Below are positions 8,674 through 17,499 of a stretch of DNA of 64,000 nt, in pieces. The translations under genes were made by a program, and so were the position numbers. The notes under the pieces were generated by a model that saw only the letters and a list, made by a program, of their open reading frames with translations, searched no databases and had not been told where the DNA came from. The stretch is taken from positions 1-64,000 of the IMG/VR virus record IMGVR_UViG_3300003523_000207. One strand, written 5' to 3'. Position 1 is the first letter of the stretch. Each line of letters starts with the position of its first letter. The DNA is from a virus. Lineage: Duplodnaviria; Caudoviricetes.

Positions 8674-10127
8674 GTGAACTACCCACCGCCTAAAGGCGGT
8701 GAGCTTCTGGTTTTCGCTTCGACGGAGCCACTTGTGCTGACCCAGCAGAACTGGATGGCATAGAGGCGGCTACCTCAGCGGAGGCGTGTTCCACACACTC
8801 AGCACGTTTAGTCGTGCCAAACAAAAGTACATTACAGGCGGAGTGCCAGTCCCTAGGTTTGGTATAGCCACATTCGCAATGATAGGTGCGCTCGCCCAAA
8901 CCGATGGCATTGATTGCTCCACAAACCGGGCACATCTTGGTAGTCGGTAACCACTTGGACAGCACGAATGCACGGTCGTTCTTGACAAGCATCTTGATTT
9001 TCTGCTTGAGTGAACCCATACACGAATGCTGAACTTGCTTACCGAACCAAGTCTGGCTCCAGTTCTTAATCTGTTCGTCCTGTATGTAGATGACATCGTA
9101 GCTGGACACAAGGTCGTGGTAGATTTTGTTGCAGATATCCTTGCGGATATTGGCAACGTGTTCATGCTCACGGGCAAGTTGCTTCCTACAGTTCCATCGC
9201 CGCTTCGAGTCCTTCTCTTTCTTGTGCCTATTGAGCATCTTGCTCAGGTACTTCAGGTACTCCGTTTCTTGCACTTTGCAATCGTAGGTCTTGTTGTCCG
9301 ATGTCGTTATAGTATTCTTGATACCGAAGTCCAACCCGCCACTTCGATGAGTAGGTGTCCTCGGTGTCTTCGGTAACATTATGGTGAGTTTTACGTAGTA
9401 GCCAGATGCCTTGCGTACCAGCTTGGCATCCGCTATCTCGTATTCCTCAAACTCTATCTGATGCAATCCGTTCACTTTCAATTTCCTGAAACCAGGAATT
9501 GTGATATGGCTTGCATCCAAAATCTTCGTGAACCCAGTAATGATGGGTATGCAGTTCACCTCACTCTTGAACTTCAATGCCCCGACCTTCATCCCTTTGG
9601 CTTTCGCCTTGGCAAGATTTACGATGTCGGTCTTCTTCTGGGCTACGGTTGCCCTATGAAGAACTGAGGGCAAGGTGATGGGAGAAGTTACAGCATTCTT
9701 GTCCTTGTCGTAGTGGACTACATCCTTGTGTTCGGTGTACTTGTACTCGAAAATACTGTTGTCTGGATTATCCTTGGACAACGACAGCATGTCGTTGATT
9801 ACCCACTTAGCTTCCTTGAAGCACTGGGACAGCTTTTCGAACACCGCTTTCGGGTTATGCCTTATGGAAATCTTCAGGTCGAACACTCGGCATATCTGCG
9901 ACTTACGACGGGCATGGGTCTCTGCCATGCTCGCCTTAATCTTTGCCTTTGTATCTTCGCTTCTTACTGCTTCCATAAAATGGGTTTTGACTATACTTAT
10001 AGTTTAGAACGTTTACTCAACAAATATATCAATTTTACCGTCTATAAAATGTTATTTATTTCTTACATTTGCAATCGGCGGGTCTTACCCACGCCCTGAA
10101 GGGTGTGGGCTTGCGACCGCCTTTTTT
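8674..10127 (-). mobile_element. Non-autonomous IS200/IS605-family (IS1341-like) element, tnpB only
   Basis: Subterminal hairpins GCCCACACCC-TTCA-GGGCGTGGGT (left) and GCTCACCGCC-TTTA-GGCGGTGGGT (right). Inserted 3' of TTGAC and ends in TTCAC. Guide tetramers CAAG/GAAG 5' of the hairpins fit the IS608-type pairing rule with TGAC/TCAC. Confidence 0.85.
8690..9976 (-). CDS. tnpB: RNA-guided endonuclease TnpB
   Basis: RuvC-I GLDFGIK, RuvC-II variant IYIQDE, Zn finger CPVC...CEC, RuvC-III RDWHSACN. Confidence 0.9.
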   Translation of the reverse strand: MEAVRSEDTKAKIKASMAETHARRKSQICRVFDLKISIRHNPKAVFEKLSQCFKEAKWVINDMLSLSKDNPDNSIFEYKYTEHKDVVHYDKDKNAVTSPITLPSVLHRATVAQKKTDIVNLAKAKAKGMKVGALKFKSEVNCIPIITGFTKILDASHITIPGFRKLKVNGLHQIEFEEYEIADAKLVRKASGYYVKLTIMLPKTPRTPTHRSGGLDFGIKNTITTSDNKTYDCKVQETEYLKYLSKMLNRHKKEKDSKRRWNCRKQLAREHEHVANIRKDICNKIYHDLVSSYDVIYIQDEQIKNWSQTWFGKQVQHSCMGSLKQKIKMLVKNDRAFVLSKWLPTTKMCPVCGAINAIGLGERTYHCECGYTKPRDWHSACNVLLFGTTKRAECVEHASAEVAASMPSSSAGSAQVAPSKRKPEAHRL

Positions 10128-10439
10128 GTCAAGCAATCTAATGATTTCCGTAATCTGCAATTTGTCATTGGTATAGCCACCGTCCTCAAATTCTCGAATC
10201 GGTCGTATCGGACGTTGTTCAAAACCATCAACCGCGCTAGGTTCTCCCCACTGGAGGTCATATCCATCCAAGGTGCGAGTCCCTTTGACGCCAAGTACAC
10301 TGCACATCGTGGCCCAGTTCAGTTTCAGCTTAACGAGTTCCTTGTCGAATGCAATAAATTTCGGATCAGACTCGTCTTCAAACTCGAACATCCACCAGAA
10401 ACACTTGTTGACGCCGTCTGAAATCATACACTGTTTCAT
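10056..10439 (-). CDS. Hypothetical protein whose C-terminus is replaced by IS left-end sequence
   Basis: After ...IIRLLD (TTGAC) the ORF reads into the IS; the rejoined empty site would end ...LLDNMQIFE*. Confidence 0.6.
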   Translation of the reverse strand: MKQCMISDGVNKCFWWMFEFEDESDPKFIAFDKELVKLKLNWATMCSVLGVKGTRTLDGYDLQWGEPSAVDGFEQRPIRPIREFEDGGYTNDKLQITEIIRLLDKKGGRKPTPFRAWVRPADCKCKK

Positions 10440-10445
10440 AAATAC

Positions 10446-11000
10446 CTACATGTATAAATCGGCATAGGTTTCGGACTCCATCTCTTCAGGAGTCAAGTTC
10501 TCGCCGAACTTCTTCAAGACAGCTTCCAGCTTTCGGAACTCGTCTATATAGCGAGACTGTCGTAAGGAATCCTTCTCGGTGACATATGTGAGCCTAGACA
10601 AGTTCATATTGTCGCGCAAGTCCATAAGCTTGACCTTCGTCGCGAGCAAGTTCTTGGCGATGTTGTCGATGTAGACTTCGCGAGCTTCAGACTTACCCCT
10701 AGTAAGCAGTTCGACGGTCTTCCACACGGCCTCCGGGAAAAATACGGACAAGTCGGTCACCGCGAATCCGCCATCCTCAACAACGTCGTGCATATAGGCA
10801 GCCGCCGTGAGACAGTCATCGCCATACTTCTCGGCGGTCATCTCACCAACCCTAGTGGGGTGGTAGATGTATGCCTGTCCACCCTTGTCAAGCTGTCCTT
10901 CGTGGGCAAATTCAGCAAAAAGTTTAGCTCGTTCGACCATACCAACGTTCTTGCGCTGGATATCCTTCAGAAAACCTTTAATTTCTTCTCGTGATCTCAT
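10446..11000 (-). CDS. HD-domain (p)ppGpp hydrolase-like protein (small alarmone hydrolase / Mesh1-like)
   Basis: AHEGQ.DK.G..YI.HP, HDVVED and KVKLMDLRDN motifs of RelA/SpoT-type HD domains. Confidence 0.8.
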   Translation of the reverse strand: MRSREEIKGFLKDIQRKNVGMVERAKLFAEFAHEGQLDKGGQAYIYHPTRVGEMTAEKYGDDCLTAAAYMHDVVEDGGFAVTDLSVFFPEAVWKTVELLTRGKSEAREVYIDNIAKNLLATKVKLMDLRDNMNLSRLTYVTEKDSLRQSRYIDEFRKLEAVLKKFGENLTPEEMESETYADLYM

Positions 11001-11082
11001 TTAAAATCCTCGAAAAATGGTTATACGGTTCACCAGGCTAGAAGACGCCTGTTGAACAGTAAACTAGTTCTTAATAACCAAG

Positions 11083-11095
11083 AATGTAATAATTT
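11083..11095 (+). promoter_or_regulatory. Putative early/middle promoter motif AATGTAATAATTT
   Basis: Same 13-mer on the minus strand within 33506-33519 and 47327-47340; variants at 17707-17720, 62215-62227 and 22565-22575, all upstream of non-structural genes. Confidence 0.5.
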
Positions 11096-11126
11096 AATAT
11101 TTAGAATCCAAATTAAGCCAAAAACG

Positions 11127-11648
11127 ATGATTTTCAGTACCAATAACTTCAAGGACGAGTTCGCAAGACAACTTACCGACGCGATGTGCTTCGTGTTCGA
11201 AACCGATGCGGAAGTGGCTGTACAGGCCGTAGAAGAAACCAAAAAGGTTCTCAGTACGACAATAGCATCCTTTGTCGGCGAGTTCGCCGCTGGCGAGATT
11301 TACGGTACCTTCCGTGGCACGTATTCCGCAAAGGAAGACAACGCTACCGTAGAACGTATATACATAACCATCTGCGATAGCCCAGCCGAATCTATGATTC
11401 AGCTCGGAAGCTCGCAAGACCTTATGCGCTCGCTTATGAACGCTCACAAGCTGTATTTTACGCGTTCCAGCATAGCTCCCAAGCAGTACGAGATTATTTC
11501 CGCCGAATGCGAGAAACTTGCCGAAATTGCCAAGTATCTACCGGAGAACCGGATGGAAGCTTTCCGCAAGTCCATCGAGCTGATTCGCGGTCAGATAATG
11601 ATTGATTTTGACATTAACAAGGCAACCGACAAAGAGAGGTTAGGCTAA
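11127..11648 (+). CDS. Hypothetical protein
   Basis: Probable ATG start MIFSTNNF; TAATG overlap with the next gene. Confidence 0.6.
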   Translation: MIFSTNNFKDEFARQLTDAMCFVFETDAEVAVQAVEETKKVLSTTIASFVGEFAAGEIYGTFRGTYSAKEDNATVERIYITICDSPAESMIQLGSSQDLMRSLMNAHKLYFTRSSIAPKQYEIISAECEKLAEIAKYLPENRMEAFRKSIELIRGQIMIDFDINKATDKERLG

Positions 11649-12235
11649 TGTACCCCCTAGACCCATACAAGCAGCAGATTTTCGACGAACTTTCCAAGAA
11701 CTGGAGCGTCCTTATCCACGAGAATCAGAACTTCACGCTTCGTTTCAAGGATGCGAAGGTGAAACTTGAGGGAACAGTCGGCGTGTCCATAACCGAGTCC
11801 AATGGCCACCATACAGTCCGCGTCGCGTTCTACAACTACGCCGGTAACCGCAAGGACTCCATCGTAATCAAGGATATGAAGCCGGAAATCGTCTGCGGTC
11901 AGATCGACAACTTCATCACGGCCAAGGAAACCGAGGTAGAGAACGAAAACGACCGCTCGCTGCAGTACCGCAAGGAACTCAACCAGATGCTCACCAAGCT
12001 CGGTTTCGTCCGCGACTGCGATTCCAAGTATATGTCCATCTTCAAGACGGACAACCTTATGCTCACGTTCAACTACGGCGAGAATATGGGATTCAAGCTG
12101 GGTATATCCAAGAGCCGCAAGAAGATCGCGGACAAGCCGATCGAGGTAGGTGGCTCCTTTACATCGAACCACTGGAAGGTCGCAATCGAAGGATGCATCT
12201 CCAGAGCGCAGCGTGACCTCGGCATAGCCAAGTAG
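11648..12235 (+). CDS. Hypothetical protein
   Basis: 195 aa ORF with phage-typical codon usage, translationally coupled to the upstream gene. Confidence 0.65.
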   Translation: MYPLDPYKQQIFDELSKNWSVLIHENQNFTLRFKDAKVKLEGTVGVSITESNGHHTVRVAFYNYAGNRKDSIVIKDMKPEIVCGQIDNFITAKETEVENENDRSLQYRKELNQMLTKLGFVRDCDSKYMSIFKTDNLMLTFNYGENMGFKLGISKSRKKIADKPIEVGGSFTSNHWKVAIEGCISRAQRDLGIAK

Positions 12236-12244
12236 GAAGATCCT

Positions 12245-12421
12245 ATGAGCAGACGCGAATCTATGGTGGAACGCGGCGAACGCGAATGTATTTCCAGCGG
12301 AATCGCCACATACGGCTACAAACGCTTCTGGATGGCTATAGACGAGCTTAACAGCAATAATCCGCCCAACCCAGTGACTTTGGAACTAATCCGACGGAAA
12401 TTTCCACAATTACAAAAATGA
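12245..12421 (+). CDS. Small hypothetical protein (58 aa)
   Basis: Below the ORF-track cut-off; MSRRESMVERGERECISSG...PQLQK*, fills the gap before a terminator. Confidence 0.5.
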   Translation: MSRRESMVERGERECISSGIATYGYKRFWMAIDELNSNNPPNPVTLELIRRKFPQLQK

Positions 12422-12448
12422 AAAAGGCGGCTTAAAGCCGCCTTTCTT
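12421..12448. terminator. Bidirectional intrinsic terminator
   Basis: AAAAAGGCGGCT-taa-AGCCGCCTTTCTT between convergent genes; near-identical copy at 28176-28206. Confidence 0.75.
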
Positions 12449-12449
12449 G

Positions 12450-12950
12450 TTATAACCCGACTCGATCCGCCTTACTCAGTAGTCTCTGGTTACGGCTACC
12501 CCTAAATTGCAAATCTAGGTCTCTCTGGGCTTGAATAAACGGACCATCCACTAACACGTCCACGGCGTCAAGAATTTGGCTTGTAACCCCCTCTACGTGT
12601 TTTCGCTGCCCCGGTTTCAAGTCTTGTTCATAAATATAACCGGTATACATCCATAATGTCTTATCCGGGCATTCGTTTTTGAAACGACTGATTAAGCCAA
12701 CCAACCCAACCTGGTTCTCCGGCTCGAACGGGTCACCGCCTAGAATCGACAACCCGGAAATATAGGACTTCTTACACGCTTCGATAATCTCGTTTACCTC
12801 AATTTCAGTAAACGGCTTTCCATAATTGAAGTTCCAAGTTTCCTCGTTAAAACAGCCTTGACAATGGTTTCTACAACCGCTTACATACAGCGATACGCGG
12901 TTTCCGGGGCCGTCTACTATGGACATATAGTAAATGTTGCCATAATTCAT
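12450..12950 (-). CDS. nrdG: Anaerobic ribonucleotide reductase activating protein (radical SAM)
   Basis: DGPGNRVSLYVSGCRNHCQGCFN (CxxxCxxC), GGDP, DVLVDGPF, FRGSRNQR. Confidence 0.95.
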   Translation of the reverse strand: MNYGNIYYMSIVDGPGNRVSLYVSGCRNHCQGCFNEETWNFNYGKPFTEIEVNEIIEACKKSYISGLSILGGDPFEPENQVGLVGLISRFKNECPDKTLWMYTGYIYEQDLKPGQRKHVEGVTSQILDAVDVLVDGPFIQAQRDLDLQFRGSRNQRLLSKADRVGL

Positions 12951-12981
12951 ACTATTTCCTCTTATTCTTGCAAAAACTTAG

Positions 12982-13125
12982 AAAAAAGATACCCTCGGTA
13001 TAGCAATATTGTGGAACTCTGCGTATACCAAGGGCATCCGAAACTTATATTTGAATACGAGTTCCGCCAAGTATTATAAAGGCAGTTATATATTGACCCT
13101 TAAACGTACTTGGCGGTGTTCGCCG
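12982..13125 (-). ncRNA. Structured leader/attenuator RNA between nrdD and nrdG
   Basis: Hairpin with loop GCGGAACTC, then a terminator-like hairpin (12988-13038) with loop GAGTTCCAC and a U6 tail; competing stem CCGCCAAGTA/TACTTGGCGG. Confidence 0.55.
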
Positions 13126-13127
13126 GC

Positions 13128-15704
13128 TTAGATATTGTGACGGTCTGCCAGCTCGGCCAGCTTTCCATCACCCCAAGACCGTTTGATAGTCTTTCTCGGC
13201 GACCCAGTCAAATATCCAGTAATACGTCTCACCCGAACAAACTCATCTTCATCCTTGCAATGGCATTTCGGGCATTCATTATTGATAATGCCGTGGAATC
13301 CGCATTCCAAGCAGTCGTCCGAATCCATTGTCACGGTGAAATAGCCCAAGTCGCCGTCATACATTGCATCAATGGCAGCCTTTACCGCCTCGACATTCTT
13401 AGTCAAGTCTCCATTCATCTTGAAGTAGAAGATGTGGCCAGCATTCGTCAAAGCGTGGAAAGGAGCCTCGGTCTTAATCTTGTTTTCAAGAGACGTTTCG
13501 AGCGAGAAATCCATCATATGGCTGTTGGTATAGTAACCCTTACCAAACAGTCTATACAAATCCACATCGGCAAGTTTCTTGTTCTTTGCAACCAACATCG
13601 TATGACCATTCTCGTCGGTTACTTCCTTGGAGAACTTATTCTTATCGATTGTTGCAAAACGACCGGCAACCGCTTCAGCTGGTGTTGCAAAACAGCTCCA
13701 GTTCAAGTGTGTTTCATCCTGAGTCTGGTCACAGAAGTCACGAATGCGCTTGACAATGGATAGTGCAAACTCATCCTCTTCGTGGTCAACTCCATACGTC
13801 TTGCCAGTAATAACGCGAATCGTTTCGGCAATACCAACATAACCAATGCTCAGCGTAGACTGCTTCATAACATCAGCAATCTTGTCGGAGAGCTTATGCG
13901 GCTTATCGTCGGAAGTCAAATATACGCCTTGCTGCATCGTAAAGGGGAAATTCTCATACGTTTTCTCGCAAATCAGTTTAAAGCGTTCGAGAAGGCTTCC
14001 CTTGGCATCTTCAAGCATAGCGTCAAGCTTGCTAAAGAACAAATTTTTGCGGGTTTCGACGTTGGTGGACTCGATATGAGCTTCAATGGCCAGACGCGGA
14101 AGGTTAATCGTGTGGAAAGCGAAATTTCCACGACCAGTCGTCTGCTGAACACCGTTCACATTACCCATAACGCGAGTACGACATCCCATCGTTGCCACGG
14201 TAGTGTTAGGAACAATTCGACGGAGCTTTGCGTGGAACCCCTTACAAGACACGATATCCCAGTTACTACCAACGCCAAGATTTACAGAATAAATCGGATA
14301 TTCACCTTTAGCAGTTTCGATGTCCGTGTCGGCTGTCACTGTAATAGAATCATCACACCCACGGTGAGAAATCCGCTGGCCATCCTTAAAATCAAGTTCA
14401 ACGGTGTCATACTTCACATACGGAAGGTTAAACTTAGAGTCGACCTTTACAAAATTCGGGTAGAAACGACGGGACAAACATTCAACCGCTTGCAAATACA
14501 AGTCGTAATTAGGATCCGTCGTAAGCTTGGAGAACCCCTTCATAAGCTTAAAAATCAAAATGGGGAAGATGGCCGTAAGGCCGTCGCCCATACCTTCGTA
14601 CTGAGCACGCATAAGGTTCTTACTGAGCATTCGACCGCAATTGGAAGTATCAATACCGAAATTCAAAGAAGAGAACGGTACTTGGTTACCAGACCTTGAT
14701 TGCAACGAATTCAAGTTGTGAACCAGTGCTTCCATCGCTTGGTGGGTATTACTATCCGTAAATTCGATGGAACGGTCAACTTGTTCGATAGGGAACTGGG
14801 AGTACAACAACTCTCTAGGACTATCCATCGTTACGCCACGCGATTGGAGCATTTGTGCAATACGGGCAATCGTATCGTCAATCTTCTTCTCGGTCGGCAG
14901 TGCAAGGTATTCTGCATATTCTGGGTTCTTAGAGCAAACCGCAATCCCATTCATTTCACGAGCCAAATTCTTTCGGAACGAAATATCAACAAACGGAGCC
15001 AAGTCAAAGTCGATATTGTCGCACGCGATACCGCCATACTGCTGGTTAGACTGCAACTGCAAAATAACAGCGGTCAATGCGGCGGCAGATTGAATCGAAT
15101 TAGCCTTTCTCAAGAACCCTGTACCAGAATCAAATCCTTCTCGTAGTAACTTACCCACCGGGGCAAACAAGCAGTTAAAGGAGAGGTCATAAAAGTTCTG
15201 GTCGTGAATATGAATCTGACCATCGGCGTGCTCGTCAACGTACTTCTTGGAAATCGTGTTCAAGCAGTTGTACATCTTGTTCATTTCACTGGCAATCTTA
15301 CCGTACATACCAGCCGGGGTAACGCCAGATTCATTTGCGTTATCGCGCAAGATGTTGCAGCTAGACAATTTATCGTGTTTGAGTCGACGGATAATCGCAT
15401 AAATTCCGCTCTGGTTTTCACGAATCCGAGCGCGGTTCTGGCGGTATTCGATAAATGCCTTGGCGACGGCGTTCATACCGTTGTTCATCAAGACGTTTTC
15501 GATGGTATCTTGGATGGTTTCCACGTTAGCGGATTTCTTGCCGCCCACACTCAATTCATCTACGACCGACCCTACAAGTCCATCAAGCTGTTCATTGGTA
15601 TATGACTCCTTGCAGTCCTTAAAAGCGGCTTCAATGGCGTCATAAATGTGCTTGGTGTCAAATGGTCTTTTGCGATAGTCTCGCTTAATTACAGAAATTA
15701 GCAT
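13128..15704 (-). CDS. nrdD: Anaerobic (class III) ribonucleoside-triphosphate reductase
   Basis: N-terminal ATP cone (VIKRD...IQDTIE), IHIHD, MGCRT, TPAE, CxxC...CxxC and the RRITGYL glycyl radical motif. Confidence 0.95.
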   Translation of the reverse strand: MLISVIKRDYRKRPFDTKHIYDAIEAAFKDCKESYTNEQLDGLVGSVVDELSVGGKKSANVETIQDTIENVLMNNGMNAVAKAFIEYRQNRARIRENQSGIYAIIRRLKHDKLSSCNILRDNANESGVTPAGMYGKIASEMNKMYNCLNTISKKYVDEHADGQIHIHDQNFYDLSFNCLFAPVGKLLREGFDSGTGFLRKANSIQSAAALTAVILQLQSNQQYGGIACDNIDFDLAPFVDISFRKNLAREMNGIAVCSKNPEYAEYLALPTEKKIDDTIARIAQMLQSRGVTMDSPRELLYSQFPIEQVDRSIEFTDSNTHQAMEALVHNLNSLQSRSGNQVPFSSLNFGIDTSNCGRMLSKNLMRAQYEGMGDGLTAIFPILIFKLMKGFSKLTTDPNYDLYLQAVECLSRRFYPNFVKVDSKFNLPYVKYDTVELDFKDGQRISHRGCDDSITVTADTDIETAKGEYPIYSVNLGVGSNWDIVSCKGFHAKLRRIVPNTTVATMGCRTRVMGNVNGVQQTTGRGNFAFHTINLPRLAIEAHIESTNVETRKNLFFSKLDAMLEDAKGSLLERFKLICEKTYENFPFTMQQGVYLTSDDKPHKLSDKIADVMKQSTLSIGYVGIAETIRVITGKTYGVDHEEDEFALSIVKRIRDFCDQTQDETHLNWSCFATPAEAVAGRFATIDKNKFSKEVTDENGHTMLVAKNKKLADVDLYRLFGKGYYTNSHMMDFSLETSLENKIKTEAPFHALTNAGHIFYFKMNGDLTKNVEAVKAAIDAMYDGDLGYFTVTMDSDDCLECGFHGIINNECPKCHCKDEDEFVRVRRITGYLTGSPRKTIKRSWGDGKLAELADRHNI

Positions 15705-15756
15705 AACATCTCTTTTGCTTATTCAGCGGTTAAATTATCTCTTTTGGATAATCGGT

Positions 15757-15785
15757 AGTTTAGCAATGTTAAGGTTGAATTGCAA
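15757..15785 (-). promoter_or_regulatory. Putative nrdD promoter
   Basis: TTGCAA-17 nt-TAAACT with a TG extension. Confidence 0.5.
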
Positions 15786-15813
15786 ACAGAAAAGGCCGGT
15801 TTACCCGGCCTCT
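15786..15813 (-). terminator. Intrinsic terminator after the AAA ATPase gene
   Basis: AGGCCGG-gtaaa-CCGGCCT followed by TTTCTGTTT. Confidence 0.65.
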
Positions 15814-15814
15814 T

Positions 15815-15862
15815 CTACAACATCTTGTGGATAAGTTGTTGATATATATCTATATCTAGCGG
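15815..15862. promoter_or_regulatory. Tandem NrdR-box-like sites
   Basis: CTACAACATCTTGTGG (15815-15830) and TATCTATATCTAGCGG (15847-15862), 32 bp apart, upstream of nrdD. Confidence 0.4.
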
Positions 15863-17499
15863 GTGGTGTTGGTCGACGAAACGTGGACACTCATAACCGG
15901 ACCAGCTGTTTCGATATGTCCGGAGGCGTCCGCCACCATAGATGCGTTCTTGATACTTTCGATACGACGGTCAATCAAAGAACCGAATGCAGCACAGTTA
16001 CAGTCGGCCTCGTCGAACAGGTCTACCAAGTCGCTGATAATACCGGCGACGTGCGCGTGCGTAAAGTTCGATTTCACGATTCTTTCCATACCATCGACGA
16101 ATTCCTTGTTTTCCATCGTCATCCAATCCGGTTTTTCAACACCAAGATGGATATAACGCTGGGTAATAACATCGAACACCTGTTCAACCGTGCTGGGGTT
16201 ATGAACGTGAATAACCTCGTCGATACGACCGTTACGAGTCTTGATTGTCGCGTGGACTCTCTGCGGCTCGTTGATGGTCATAATGATGATACCGCTGAAC
16301 TTCTTCGAGTTGGTTTCGTCGATACAAGTAATGAAGGTCGTGGTCAAGTTGGTCTTACCGCTGAAATCGTTACCGTCGATATCGTCGAACACAAAGATGG
16401 AACCAGGGAACATATTCAGAATGCGGAACACGGAGCGCATCTTCTTCGTATCGCTAATCGCGTCAGACGAAATCCAGAATACCGGCGTGTCGGTGAACTG
16501 CATAATGAGCTTGTGAATAGACACGGTCTTGCCAGTACCGGGGTCGCCCTGCAAGATATAGCCACGGCGACGGTGAGCGTTCAGAACGGAACGACAAGTC
16601 TTCGCCATAGTGTTCAAGTCGATATTCTTGATGTCGAAATTGATGTTCTCGCGACGAGCCGTATGGATAGTCGTGCCGTCAATCTTGATGATGTGCTTCG
16701 AGATATCGATAGTCTTGATATAGTTCGAGTAGATTATGTTCTCCACTTCGCTCAAGATATCAAAATCATCCGGTTCGTCGTCAACTTCGGAATTGTTAAA
16801 GAGGTCGCCATTGAACACGCCGATGTTGATGTAGCTGAACTGCGAATTGGCGGTAGCGTCAATATTCGCGCTCTTGTGCTGCATATAGTTGACTTCAAAG
16901 CCAATGGACGTGTTCTTGTACTTCGCCAAGATATAGGTACAAACAAGTCGAGAATTACTGGTGCTCGGCGCATCTGTCTTGGGAGTAAACATCTTGTTGA
17001 TTTTCAAGCCGCACTTTTCTTGCTGGTCCTTGGTCATCTCGACAAGAGCCTTGCAGATATCGGCGGTAGCGTCAATCTGGCTTACGTGAATCGAGCGGCC
17101 ATTCTTGTAGCCCATAAACTTGGCCAGTTCGTCGTAATCAGTATGCACTTCGTACTTCTGGGCGACAAACAAGTTATTGATAACCATACTTGCCTTTCCC
17201 AAATTCAAAGCAGTCTCCGCCAAGTCAGCATACTTTCTGATGATTGGATTGTTGGTAGACGCCTTTGCAGTCACGATAATACTTTCGAGAAGCTGCGAGC
17301 CGACATTTAAGATTTTCGAACCGTTAACGCCGTTGAGCTGGTTCTTCAGATAGCGGAACTTTTCCTTCGCCGAACGGCCGACCCACATATCCGTATCGAT
17401 GCTGATATGCAAGAGCATATCGCCAAGGTTCCTGATAATCTTGGAACCGACATTGCCGCCTTCTTGCGGCTCTTCCACATACCCATTAATATTTGCCAT
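15856..17499 (-). CDS. AAA+ ATPase with a long N-terminal domain
   Basis: RRGYILQGDPGTGKT Walker A, IFVFDDID Walker B, R.GRIDEVI arginine finger. Confidence 0.85.
   Translation of the reverse strand: MANINGYVEEPQEGGNVGSKIIRNLGDMLLHISIDTDMWVGRSAKEKFRYLKNQLNGVNGSKILNVGSQLLESIIVTAKASTNNPIIRKYADLAETALNLGKASMVINNLFVAQKYEVHTDYDELAKFMGYKNGRSIHVSQIDATADICKALVEMTKDQQEKCGLKINKMFTPKTDAPSTSNSRLVCTYILAKYKNTSIGFEVNYMQHKSANIDATANSQFSYINIGVFNGDLFNNSEVDDEPDDFDILSEVENIIYSNYIKTIDISKHIIKIDGTTIHTARRENINFDIKNIDLNTMAKTCRSVLNAHRRRGYILQGDPGTGKTVSIHKLIMQFTDTPVFWISSDAISDTKKMRSVFRILNMFPGSIFVFDDIDGNDFSGKTNLTTTFITCIDETNSKKFSGIIIMTINEPQRVHATIKTRNGRIDEVIHVHNPSTVEQVFDVITQRYIHLGVEKPDWMTMENKEFVDGMERIVKSNFTHAHVAGIISDLVDLFDEADCNCAAFGSLIDRRIESIKNASMVADASGHIETAGPVMSVHVSSTNTTR

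Noticed and set aside
14190-14420. Intein in NrdD (and in the polymerase)
   Set aside because: No terminal His-Asn followed by Cys/Ser/Thr, and too short
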